In this document: positions 9,880 through 18,533 of the stretch, piece after piece | How positions within the stretch are numbered: the stretch's first letter is position 1 | How the letters are laid out: each line of letters starts with the position of its first letter | Origin: an uncultured archaeon | Lineage (GTDB): Archaea > Asgardarchaeota > Heimdallarchaeia > Heimdallarchaeales > Kariarchaeaceae | Length of the DNA: 64,000 nt | Direction: 5' to 3' | NCBI GenBank assembly: GCA_964645535.1 | Contig: CAZYCQ010000006.1 | Span: 37,583 to 101,582, forward strand | Position numbers and translations under genes: made by a program | Notes under the pieces: model-generated | Databases searched by the model: none | Seen by the model: only the letters and a program-made list of their open reading frames with translations | What the model was told of the DNA's origin: nothing

Positions 9880-10491
9880 GTCATTCTACATAAAATTTAC
9901 GAAAACAAATATGACTTTTGCATCGATTCAAAAGAATCACAGTTTTCAGAAGCTGTCCTCATAAAATTCAAAATCACATCCAGATCAAGTAACTCACGAA
10001 TTATTGCTATATTCATACCAAGAAGAAACATAAAAATAGATGGTAAAGCATACGAAGACATCGTAAAAATTCTTTCCGAGAAGGCAAGAGTTGAAATCAA
10101 AAACCCCGCATATAGATTGACCCCATTACTCGAAAATATGGAAGAAGATATACGGCAGCTGAAATTAAGGATACTTGCAACATTTTTCACCCCACCACAG
10201 ACTTTCTTCGCACCATCTGGAAGAATAATCTCCCTGCCCGAATTTAGTGTCAGAAACGGAAGGGACGTCCATATACTCGACCTAGAACAGCCAAGCCAGG
10301 AATTGATCCATATATTGGATGAAATCGAATTCCTCCAACCTGTACTCAAAAACTTGGATCGAACAATAAGGAATTGGGCATATCAAACTACAGATACAAC
10401 GATTAAAAACCTCATCGAAAAACTTACCAAAAATAACCAACCGTCCAAATTTGTTGAGATGCTGATTCAATGGCTCCAAAGATTCCGATGA
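9880..10491 (+). CDS. Hypothetical protein; frame open from 9880 but no ATG/GTG/TTG before 10117 (non-canonical start or 5' truncated)
   Basis: Stop-free frame checked by hand from 9880 to 10491; the ORF track reports only 10117..10491. Confidence 0.45.
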   Translation, partial: VILHKIYENKYDFCIDSKESQFSEAVLIKFKITSRSSNSRIIAIFIPRRNIKIDGKAYEDIVKILSEKARVEIKNPAYRLTPLLENMEEDIRQLKLRILATFFTPPQTFFAPSGRIISLPEFSVRNGRDVHILDLEQPSQELIHILDEIEFLQPVLKNLDRTIRNWAYQTTDTTIKNLIEKLTKNNQPSKFVEMLIQWLQRFR

Positions 10492-10762
10492 GAACCTTCC
10501 GAAAATTATAATTACTTCAAAATACTACTTCAATTGTCTACGGACGGACATGGAATTTCAGTGCGAGATTCGAAACATGGTGCTGAAAAACCAATAGTAG
10601 ATCCTTCTAAAGGGCGTGTAGCTCAGCTTGGTAGAGCAGCGGGCTTTTAGGGTGTATTCAAAGATACCCGAAGGTCGAGGGTTCAAATCCCTCCACGCTC
10701 ATATTTTTTTTGTGTGTATTTTGTGGAAGGATTTATTATTGTTTTTTTCATTTTTGTGAACG
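10492..10762. other. Candidate replication origin (strand-composition switch)
   Basis: Hand counts on + strand: G3/C14 at 10381-10440 versus G18/C6 at 10861-10920, both inside + strand ORFs. Confidence 0.4.
10612..10701 (+). tRNA. tRNA-Lys(UUU) with 16-nt intron at 37/38 (10650-10665)
   Basis: Acceptor GGGCGTG/CACGCTC-A, D arm GCTCAGCTTGGTAGAGC, anticodon TTT at 10646-10648, BHB helix CTTT/AAAG, T arm GAGGGTTCAAATCCCTC, downstream T-run. Confidence 0.93.
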
Positions 10763-11110
10763 ATGGAAGATCGTATTATTCGGGAGCAATTTGAGGAAGT
10801 TTTGGATTATTTTCATGGTAATCGTTTTCGTATTTTATCGGATCGAGATGTTGACGGTCATCGTACGGTTACGTTATCTAAGTACGGAGCAATATTGGTT
10901 TTGGTTTTGGAGGGTAATGTGATAGCTTTTGACACGTATGCAGATTTGAAGGCAGGCATTTATGAGTTGGGTGAATTGAATACGTTGGTCAGTGTTATGC
11001 TTCAGGCGAAGCGTATGTGTTTGGATCGTGGTTTTCGTGAGATGAATACAACGGAGCGTCTTTATCCTAGGGATCGTCGTGGTTCAGAGACACGGACGTC
11101 AGGCTTGTAG
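10763..11110 (+). CDS. Hypothetical protein
   Basis: 115 aa ATG ORF followed by a T-run; no recognised motif. Confidence 0.6.
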   Translation: MEDRIIREQFEEVLDYFHGNRFRILSDRDVDGHRTVTLSKYGAILVLVLEGNVIAFDTYADLKAGIYELGELNTLVSVMLQAKRMCLDRGFREMNTTERLYPRDRRGSETRTSGL

Positions 11111-11133
11111 TTTTTTTTTGCTGTTGTTATTTT

Positions 11134-12441
11134 TTAGTATGCTTTGTATGGTATGAGGAATAGTTTGCTTTGGAAGATAAACCAGAATAGGAGTAGTTGG
11201 AACATTAGAGTGATGAAGAGTGATGATGCGAAAGCTATTGGATATCTTGATTGATTTTTCTTGACGAGTTTTGAGTATCCTATACCTACGAGGAATACAT
11301 AGATGAAGAACATTAGGAATATTGGCAGAGCGACGAGGAATAGGAATGGGAGTGTATCTTTTTCTTCGATGGACAGTTCTTCACTGGATGGGTGGAATCC
11401 TACAAGTTCTTGGTAGAAAATTCCTGCGAATAGTTGTGCGAATGCTAGTACGAATATGGCAATTCCTGCGAGGAGTATAGCGCTATTCATGAAATTTTTG
11501 GAGAAATTTCCGGTGACGAGTCCGATGACCAAAGGTTGGAGGATGATATATGATAGTAGTACACCGAATATCATGAGGTAGAAGCTGATCCAGAATTGTA
11601 AAAATCCAGCATTTGCTTCATTTGCTCGTATTGAGTTGATGCTGAATGTATTAAAGCTAAGGAAATAGAAGAGTCCTTTTCCATTTACGACGATTGATGT
11701 GAAGAATGAGGAGCTGATGAATGCGAGAAATAGGAACCACCACGGGAGTATTTCAGCGTATGCACCTCTTGTAGGTCGTGTAATGAATTCAGGGATGAAC
11801 TTGAGCATACTTTTGACTTCTTCTGATTTTGACACGAGGAATGAGGTAATAAATCCGGGCACCAGAAGGAAGATTGCATAACTTGCGAGGGTGATGGCGA
11901 ACTGTGTTGGGCTGATGCTCAGAGCCACAAGGAGGTTATTGGTGATTGAAATAGCTGGGCTGTTGTTGAGGAAGAACATGGGGAACCAGAATGCGGAGAA
12001 GACGATTGCAAGAAGTGCCAAGGTTGTCATGATGAGTTTTGGTTTTTGGGGGACGTTATTGTACCATAGTTTTTCTTCGACGACCTCATCAACGATTGGT
12101 TCGAAGTCGTCGAGGATTCTTCCATCGATTTGGAGATCTTGGTATTTTTCCCTGAATCTGGAGATGAATTCATTGAGGAGTTCTTGTGCATCTCCTTCGT
12201 CCATTCGTTTATCAAGTGTGAGGACGAACAGGAGGTCGGCCTGTCTTTCCTTGAAGATGGTTCGGACGTTTTGGAGGTCGAGGTTTTCGATTTTTTCTCC
12301 TTCGGTTTCGGCGGTCATGCTGTAGACTGCGCTGATAAGTCCAGCGGTCAAAGATACATCAGTCTCGATTTCTTTTTGGCTGAATTGTTTGGAGAAGTAT
12401 ATTTGTCCATAGGTTGTCATGACAAGCAGTGTCTTGATCAT
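11134..12441 (-). CDS. Longin-like domain fused to a multi-pass membrane region (C-terminal part Yip1-like)
   Basis: Start moved to ATG 12441: MIKTLLVMTTYGQIYFSK..LTAGLISAVYSM..LLFVL..F...FREKY longin pattern, then about 7 TM helices. Confidence 0.7.
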   Translation of the reverse strand: MIKTLLVMTTYGQIYFSKQFSQKEIETDVSLTAGLISAVYSMTAETEGEKIENLDLQNVRTIFKERQADLLFVLTLDKRMDEGDAQELLNEFISRFREKYQDLQIDGRILDDFEPIVDEVVEEKLWYNNVPQKPKLIMTTLALLAIVFSAFWFPMFFLNNSPAISITNNLLVALSISPTQFAITLASYAIFLLVPGFITSFLVSKSEEVKSMLKFIPEFITRPTRGAYAEILPWWFLFLAFISSSFFTSIVVNGKGLFYFLSFNTFSINSIRANEANAGFLQFWISFYLMIFGVLLSYIILQPLVIGLVTGNFSKNFMNSAILLAGIAIFVLAFAQLFAGIFYQELVGFHPSSEELSIEEKDTLPFLFLVALPIFLMFFIYVFLVGIGYSKLVKKNQSRYPIAFASSLFITLMFQLLLFWFIFQSKLFLIPYKAY

Positions 12442-12695
12442 TGTCTCGTACCTAAAGAGACGGCTTTCACATATAAATGGAACGGATTCCTGATTGGAAT
12501 TTGCAAGAGAATGGAGGTGGAGAAATGTGCAAGATACACCGAAGGGGTTTAAATACCGAATCAAGGTTTAATAATTTCCAAGATCGGTGATGCATTTCGG
12601 AATTTTTTTCATAAACCATAATTGTTATAAATATATCCTCGATAATTGGTTTATTTCTTGGAAAAATTGATGAATTTTTCCGAGAGGTGAGATAT

Positions 12696-14099
12696 ATGAA
12701 AGGTAAAGGAATAAATGCAATCCTTCTGAGTCTGGTTTTCCTCATGTCCTTCATGTTGGTTGGGCAGATCAATGGAAATACCAACGTTCAAATGATCATT
12801 CCTGACGTAACGACTGATGAATATGCAGTTGAATTTTTCACGGAATTTGATGCAGGGACAGGGAGCGGAACGCTTCCGACATTGGAGCCCTTTTGGACTG
12901 ACATAGTGAATACCGAAAGAGTGGAAGAAACCGGGGAAGATGTCTATGTTGCGGTATTGGATACCGGCTTGTTGCCACAGTGGGACTTTTTCTTTTCTGA
13001 AGCGAATATTGCAGCGGATTTGGGAGTTGGGTTCACGCATGACATTTTCTTTGATTCCAGCGGCAATTTGGTGGTTGGTCCATTGAAACAGGTTGGTTTT
13101 GTTACAGAATTGGCGAGTGGTCATGGGACTCATGTGACAAGTACAATTGTTGGGTTCAACCTGAACAACCAGGTGTGGGTTGATGGGATTGCCCCAGAAG
13201 CGACAATCATTCCAGTGAGAGTTCTGGATGCTTGGGATCTCGGTGGCGGGTTGAGGCTGAGTGGTGGATTCAATGACATGATTGCAGCAGGGATCATGTA
13301 CGTTGCCGATCTAGCGGATGAATTGGATGGCAAGATCATAATAAACATGTCTCTTGGTGGACCAAATCCTTCGCAATTGATTGAAGACGCCATCAACTAT
13401 GCGATAAGCAAAGGAGTGATCGTTGTGGCCTCAGCCGGCAACAGCGGGTTCAATGGGATGGGATATCCCGGGGCATTTTCCCAGGTGATTTCGGTGGGTG
13501 CTGGAGGCTGGACAGACATGTTCACGAATTGGTGGGACACAGGAGCTCCAGAACAGCTGAACGTACCTGATTCTTTGGGCAATGAGATGCAACTGTACCT
13601 TGAGGATTTCAGTTCTCGTCCGAATCCTCTGTTGGGGCAAACCACAGATCTTCTTGATGTGACCGCTCCCGGTGCTTGGGTGGTTGGTCCATTCAAGAGT
13701 TCATTCAGGGAGAACACAGGATATTATTTTCTTTCAGGGACAAGCATGGCGGCTCCCCACATTAGTGGGATTGCGGCCTTGGTAGCGGAGGAGGAAGAAG
13801 ATGTCACACAGGCACAGATGGAAATTCTGCTCAAAATTGCGGCTAGTGGGGAAGATTTCAATGCTTTCAGAGGCTTCCCGTTTATCGGCAATGATGTCAA
13901 GGTTGCGTTTCCCTTTATTCCGGGAGGATTCTACACTGTATCTTGGGGATTAGGGGAATTCGGGACAGGCTTTATAGATGCGGAAGTTGTCATGGAATTG
14001 GCGCATGAACTTGATGATGATGATGATGGATTCAATGACCTGATTGCAGATCTATTGGAAAAGTTGGAGGATTTTTACGAGGATCTCTTTGAAGATTGA
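12696..14099 (+). CDS. Secreted S8 subtilisin-like serine protease
   Basis: Signal peptide, VLDTG, HGTHV, SAGN, GTSMAAPH; SD GAGGTGA before ATG 12696. Confidence 0.93.
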   Translation: MKGKGINAILLSLVFLMSFMLVGQINGNTNVQMIIPDVTTDEYAVEFFTEFDAGTGSGTLPTLEPFWTDIVNTERVEETGEDVYVAVLDTGLLPQWDFFFSEANIAADLGVGFTHDIFFDSSGNLVVGPLKQVGFVTELASGHGTHVTSTIVGFNLNNQVWVDGIAPEATIIPVRVLDAWDLGGGLRLSGGFNDMIAAGIMYVADLADELDGKIIINMSLGGPNPSQLIEDAINYAISKGVIVVASAGNSGFNGMGYPGAFSQVISVGAGGWTDMFTNWWDTGAPEQLNVPDSLGNEMQLYLEDFSSRPNPLLGQTTDLLDVTAPGAWVVGPFKSSFRENTGYYFLSGTSMAAPHISGIAALVAEEEEDVTQAQMEILLKIAASGEDFNAFRGFPFIGNDVKVAFPFIPGGFYTVSWGLGEFGTGFIDAEVVMELAHELDDDDDGFNDLIADLLEKLEDFYEDLFED

Positions 14100-14113
14100 A
14101 GTAAACGTAAGAT

Positions 14114-14203
14114 GTAGATGAATCATATTTTTATATTAAACGTAGATGAATTATATTTCAAACGGATTTACGTGTAGATGAATTACGTCTGTTTGTAGAT
14201 GAA
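14114..14203. repeat. Four copies of GTAGATGAA between convergent genes
   Basis: Copies at 14114, 14142, 14174 and 14195; the last lies in the final EF-2 codons. Confidence 0.7.
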
Positions 14204-16426
14204 CCGTGCCCAAGTGTCGATTGTTGGAACTTCTTCTTTGAGACCGTTTCTCTTTCTGATGAAGGCGATTTTCTCGTCTCGCAGATGGGGTGGAACTTCC
14301 TCGAAGTGGCTGAACTGATATCCAAAGAAACCTCGTCCTGCGGTGGCACCACGGATTTCATCAGCCAGTCCCACAGTCTCGGATGTTGGGATGAGACCCT
14401 TGATCATGTTGGAACCGCCTGCTTCCTTGATTTCTTGGATGATCCCTCTGTGCTGTGTCAGAAGGCTGGTAATGGCGCCGACATATTCAGGGGGTGCCTT
14501 GATATCGATGGTAAGCATGGGTTCGAGCAATTTGGGACCTGCTGTGAGGTAACAGAGGTTACATGCAGCGGACACCATTGCCATGATTTCGGTCAATCCC
14601 GTGTGAGCCGGATCTGTGTGGACGGTTGCATCGGTCATGACGAAGAGAACGCCCATCAGGGGTTCTCCAGCAAGGGTTGCTTTTCTTGTGAATTGCTTCC
14701 AGGTGTTGATGACGAATTCCTTGATTCTTTCAAGTCTTTGAACACCTTTGGTGGATTCAATGAAGAGATTGGTGTCGGAAGATGCCCAGAATCCTCTGAA
14801 GAATTTTTCGTCGAATTCGGGATATTTTTCGGTGTCCATATGTTGTGCCAAGAGTTTGGCTCTTTCCTTGGTATCCATCATGGTAAGATCCTTTCCTTCC
14901 TTGAGGAAGTCGATCATGGACTGTGGCAGGGGATAGAGCTTCATCTGGATTCTGTTGTGTCCATTGGGTGACTTGGTGGTGAATACCTCGGATTCTTTTG
15001 AGATGGTTTCCCTGTGGACAATGACTGGATCAGAAACTTCGATCGGAACCTGTTCATTGATACGGGTGATAAGGATCTCGATTTGGAGGGGATCAATTCC
15101 TTGGAGGGTATATTTCTTGGTTTCGGGATCCATTTCATAGGAGGCAGTTGGGTCTGCCATGATCCAAGTACTGATGACCTTGCCCAATTTAGCGACATCG
15201 GTCTGTTTCTTGGGGAAGATAGACCTTGAAACAACAGGTTCGGCGGCATATGAAATGGCTTCGAATCCGGGAATGTTTGTTCCCTCTCTTGTGAAGGATT
15301 CACCGGCGGGACAAATGAAGCCGTCTGCTGCGAAGAGGTTTCCGGCAGGGATCTTTGGAACGGGAAGGATGTCATCAAGTTCCATGACACCAAGTCTTGT
15401 GATGTTTGCCTTTTGTCGTCCGTTGATGAGATAGATCTTGTCGGTATCCTTGAGTGTTCCTGAGAATACACGTCCGATGAGCGTTGGTCTCTTGGTTCTT
15501 GGATGGATGAAGATCTTGGTGATCATTCCAAGGAGTGGTCCATTGGGATCACAATTCAACAGTGCCTGACCGGCTTCGGATTCAAGGTCACCGGGCCAGA
15601 TTTTGGGGATCTTGATTTTTTGGGATTCGCGGGGGTTGGGTAGGTGTTGGATAACCATTCTGAGAAGGGCGTCATCCAACGGAAGGTTTTTCCTCAACCA
15701 AGCCTTGTCATCCTCAGCATACTTCTGGAAAACTGACTGTGGAGTAAGCTTCTTTTCCTTGAGGATCTCAACAGTGAATGCCCATCCGTCTTTTGCGGAG
15801 CCTACAGCAACGGAGTTGTCTTGGAAGGAGACCCTCCAGCTCTTCTTGAATTCTTTTGGAACGATTGCCTTAATCTTGTTGTTGACTTGTGAGACGATGA
15901 TGTCCAATCTAGAGAATACATCCTTGGGATCAAGCTTCAGTTCAGAGATCAATCGGTCTACCTTGTTGATGAAAAGGACTGGTTTACAGAATTCTTCACC
16001 GACAGCCAGTTGGATGTTTGTTTCAGTCTGTGTCATCATTCCTTCAAGGGCGTCTACAAGGATAATTGCACCATCCGAACCACGGAGGGCTCTTGAGACT
16101 TCACCCGTGAAGGAAAGGTGACCGGGAGTGTCGTTGATTTGGAAGATGTAGTCATTGACCGTTCCGTCTTCTTCTGTGTATTGGTAAGAAAGGATGACAA
16201 CAGTTGTGAAAATAGTAATTCCTCTTTCCTGTTCTTCCTCGTCTAGGTCAGTCATCCTTTTGTCTCCAGCAGTTTCAGCAGACATGAGACCAGCCTTTGC
16301 CAGAAGGTAGTCTGCGGTGGTGGACTTCCCATGATCGATATGAGCTGCAATAGAGAAGATTCTGCGCAGCTCGATGGGATGATTCATGATCATGTTCCTG
16401 ATTTCTTCGGTGTTCTTTACTTTCAT
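14183..16426 (-). CDS. fusA: Translation elongation factor 2, probably the aEF-2p paralog
   Basis: AHIDHGKST, ERGITI, DTPGHLSF, NKVD; diphthamide loop reads HTDPAHTG instead of HRG. Confidence 0.92.
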   Translation of the reverse strand: MKVKNTEEIRNMIMNHPIELRRIFSIAAHIDHGKSTTADYLLAKAGLMSAETAGDKRMTDLDEEEQERGITIFTTVVILSYQYTEEDGTVNDYIFQINDTPGHLSFTGEVSRALRGSDGAIILVDALEGMMTQTETNIQLAVGEEFCKPVLFINKVDRLISELKLDPKDVFSRLDIIVSQVNNKIKAIVPKEFKKSWRVSFQDNSVAVGSAKDGWAFTVEILKEKKLTPQSVFQKYAEDDKAWLRKNLPLDDALLRMVIQHLPNPRESQKIKIPKIWPGDLESEAGQALLNCDPNGPLLGMITKIFIHPRTKRPTLIGRVFSGTLKDTDKIYLINGRQKANITRLGVMELDDILPVPKIPAGNLFAADGFICPAGESFTREGTNIPGFEAISYAAEPVVSRSIFPKKQTDVAKLGKVISTWIMADPTASYEMDPETKKYTLQGIDPLQIEILITRINEQVPIEVSDPVIVHRETISKESEVFTTKSPNGHNRIQMKLYPLPQSMIDFLKEGKDLTMMDTKERAKLLAQHMDTEKYPEFDEKFFRGFWASSDTNLFIESTKGVQRLERIKEFVINTWKQFTRKATLAGEPLMGVLFVMTDATVHTDPAHTGLTEIMAMVSAACNLCYLTAGPKLLEPMLTIDIKAPPEYVGAITSLLTQHRGIIQEIKEAGGSNMIKGLIPTSETVGLADEIRGATAGRGFFGYQFSHFEEVPPHLRDEKIAFIRKRNGLKEEVPTIDTWARFIYKQT

Positions 16427-16526
16427 AGTGAAATCCCAACTTTGATGTTTTTGGCTTTAGCCTAACTTAACTCCAATACCCATTCAGTCTTTAAAATATC
16501 ATAGATATTGACACCCAGTATATTAT

Positions 16527-17219
16527 TTAGATCAATGATTTAAGGAATGCTATGATCTGTTTCTTTCCAATTTTTGAGGTGCCGTATTCTCTATTTCGGA
16601 AGACATAACCGAACTCACAGATTTTTCCATCCTTAGGGAAGACCTTCAGCACATCAAAAAGGAATTTGTATCCCGTAAATTCGAGGATTTTGTCATTTTC
16701 GGCATATTTTGTGAGAACACTGGTTTTACCTCCGAAGAATCCTGACATGATATCCTTTGGGATTTGCTTTCTTCTGAGTAATAGGGAGATTTTGCCAAGT
16801 GTCTGAGCCCCTACAGAAATCAATTTTCTTGTAAAGGGCCATTCCTCGATATGATCTCGTCTGCCGATAATAAGATCCGGATCTTGATCCATGCATGCAA
16901 TGGCATCCTGAATGGATTCAGGGGGGTGTTGAAAATCTCCATCCATTATGATGAACCACTCGGTTTCGGTATGAAGTATGCCATCCCTTATTGAAATTGT
17001 CAATCCCTTTACGGGTTCTGATTGTCTATCAAGTAATCTGACATTTGGATATTTTTTTGATTTTTCTCGAACGATATCCGTTGTCTTGTCCGTTGAGCCA
17101 TCATCCACCACGACAATGTGTATCCCGGGATAGAGTTCTTGGATTTTGTCTATTAAGCGACCGATATTTTGTTCCTCATTTAGGGTCGGGACGATTACCG
17201 TAATGTTGGAAAATTCCAC
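16527..17219 (-). CDS. GT2 glycosyltransferase (dolichol-phosphate mannosyltransferase-like)
   Basis: VPTLNE, VDDGSTD, MDGDFQH, D.MSGF. Confidence 0.88.
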   Translation of the reverse strand: MEFSNITVIVPTLNEEQNIGRLIDKIQELYPGIHIVVVDDGSTDKTTDIVREKSKKYPNVRLLDRQSEPVKGLTISIRDGILHTETEWFIIMDGDFQHPPESIQDAIACMDQDPDLIIGRRDHIEEWPFTRKLISVGAQTLGKISLLLRRKQIPKDIMSGFFGGKTSVLTKYAENDKILEFTGYKFLFDVLKVFPKDGKICEFGYVFRNREYGTSKIGKKQIIAFLKSLI

Positions 17220-17402
17220 AAGGCATCATTTTTTCGAGTTTTCTAAGACTTTTGGTCAAGTTCGCACCATCAAAGCATTAAATCATAGACGAGTTCACAA
17301 TTTTGTCATGATTTGTGATGATTTGTCAATCAAAGATGCAGGGGCGGATGAATGGACTCTAAATTGAATAGGTTTATATCTTGATCTGTTCAAAAGGTTA
17401 CC

Positions 17403-18533
17403 ATGAGTATACTTTTTTGGGCATTCATCATTTCGCATGGGTTGAATGTCATTGGTTCGATCCTGATTATGATTCCGTTAATCCGTCTTTATTACCGAAC
17501 AGGAATTTCTCTTGTAAATATCATGATCATGTTGTTTGGGGTATGGGGCATAACCAACTTGCTTCTTATCATCCCAAATGTTCTTGAAATTCAGATTTTA
17601 CCAATAGCACTGGCAAATATTATCGGTTCGGCATTTGCACCTGCGTTATTCCTTTTGTTTGCGGATAGGTTCGAAGGGAGAGTTTCCCCTCTCAAAACAT
17701 CGGTAGCCGTCTCAATGATTCTTTTATCCATTTTCGTGGTTATTGTGAGCTTATGGACAGGAATACTTGACATTGCAACAGTTGTGCTCATTATTGAATC
17801 GGAATCCTTGATCACCATGAGATGGGCAGAGATACCATCTCTTTTTCTTTTTCCGGGAATTCTTCTTACTGGATATTGGGTCAGGCAGGAGTTGAAGAGC
17901 ACAGGTGAGCATGCGATTGATGAAAGGCAGATTGAACAGATTAAGTGGATGCAACGGGGGAATTCGTTGACATTCTTCATTGGACCGATTTTTGGTGCTA
18001 TTGGAGTGATACTGGTTTCTTTGGACAATCCGATGGCAGGAACTTGGGCATCGGAAATAATCGGATACCTGATTGTTTCGGCCGGTGTATTCATCTTTGG
18101 GATTAACTATCTGCTATCACCGGAAGTGGCATTCCTTCAACCTCAACGGGTGGATACCTTATTGGTTCTTCATGAGACAGGTGTTCCGGTGCTCCGGTAT
18201 GATTTTCGACCACCAGAGATTGAAGCAGATACAGCATTGGTCAGTGGAGCCATTACCGCCATTACTGCAATTATGAATGAGGCGTTCGGAGTGAAATCCA
18301 TGGTCAGGTCAATTCATTTTGAAGACAAAGAGTTGATGCTCCAATTTGCAGATGGTCTTGCTTTTGTGCTTATTGCAGACAGAACTTCGATTTTCCTTGA
18401 AAGCTCTCTGAAAAGGTTGAAAGAAGAGTTTGAATTAAATTTCATTGAGAAATATGATTTTGGAGGTGGGGAAATTCTGGATCAGGCAATATTTTTGCCT
18501 GCGATCCTCAAAAGTTTCGGACTGAAAAGTTGA
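17403..18533 (+). CDS. 7TM membrane protein with C-terminal longin-like domain
   Basis: Seven hydrophobic helices, then TLLVLHETGVPVL..LVSGAITAI..IHF.DKEL..AFVLIADR longin pattern. Confidence 0.72.
   Translation: MSILFWAFIISHGLNVIGSILIMIPLIRLYYRTGISLVNIMIMLFGVWGITNLLLIIPNVLEIQILPIALANIIGSAFAPALFLLFADRFEGRVSPLKTSVAVSMILLSIFVVIVSLWTGILDIATVVLIIESESLITMRWAEIPSLFLFPGILLTGYWVRQELKSTGEHAIDERQIEQIKWMQRGNSLTFFIGPIFGAIGVILVSLDNPMAGTWASEIIGYLIVSAGVFIFGINYLLSPEVAFLQPQRVDTLLVLHETGVPVLRYDFRPPEIEADTALVSGAITAITAIMNEAFGVKSMVRSIHFEDKELMLQFADGLAFVLIADRTSIFLESSLKRLKEEFELNFIEKYDFGGGEILDQAIFLPAILKSFGLKS

Noticed and set aside
14101-14203. GTAGAT repeats as Cas12a-type CRISPR repeats
   Set aside because: Only 9 bp, irregular spacing, no TCTAC stem partner, and one copy is coding
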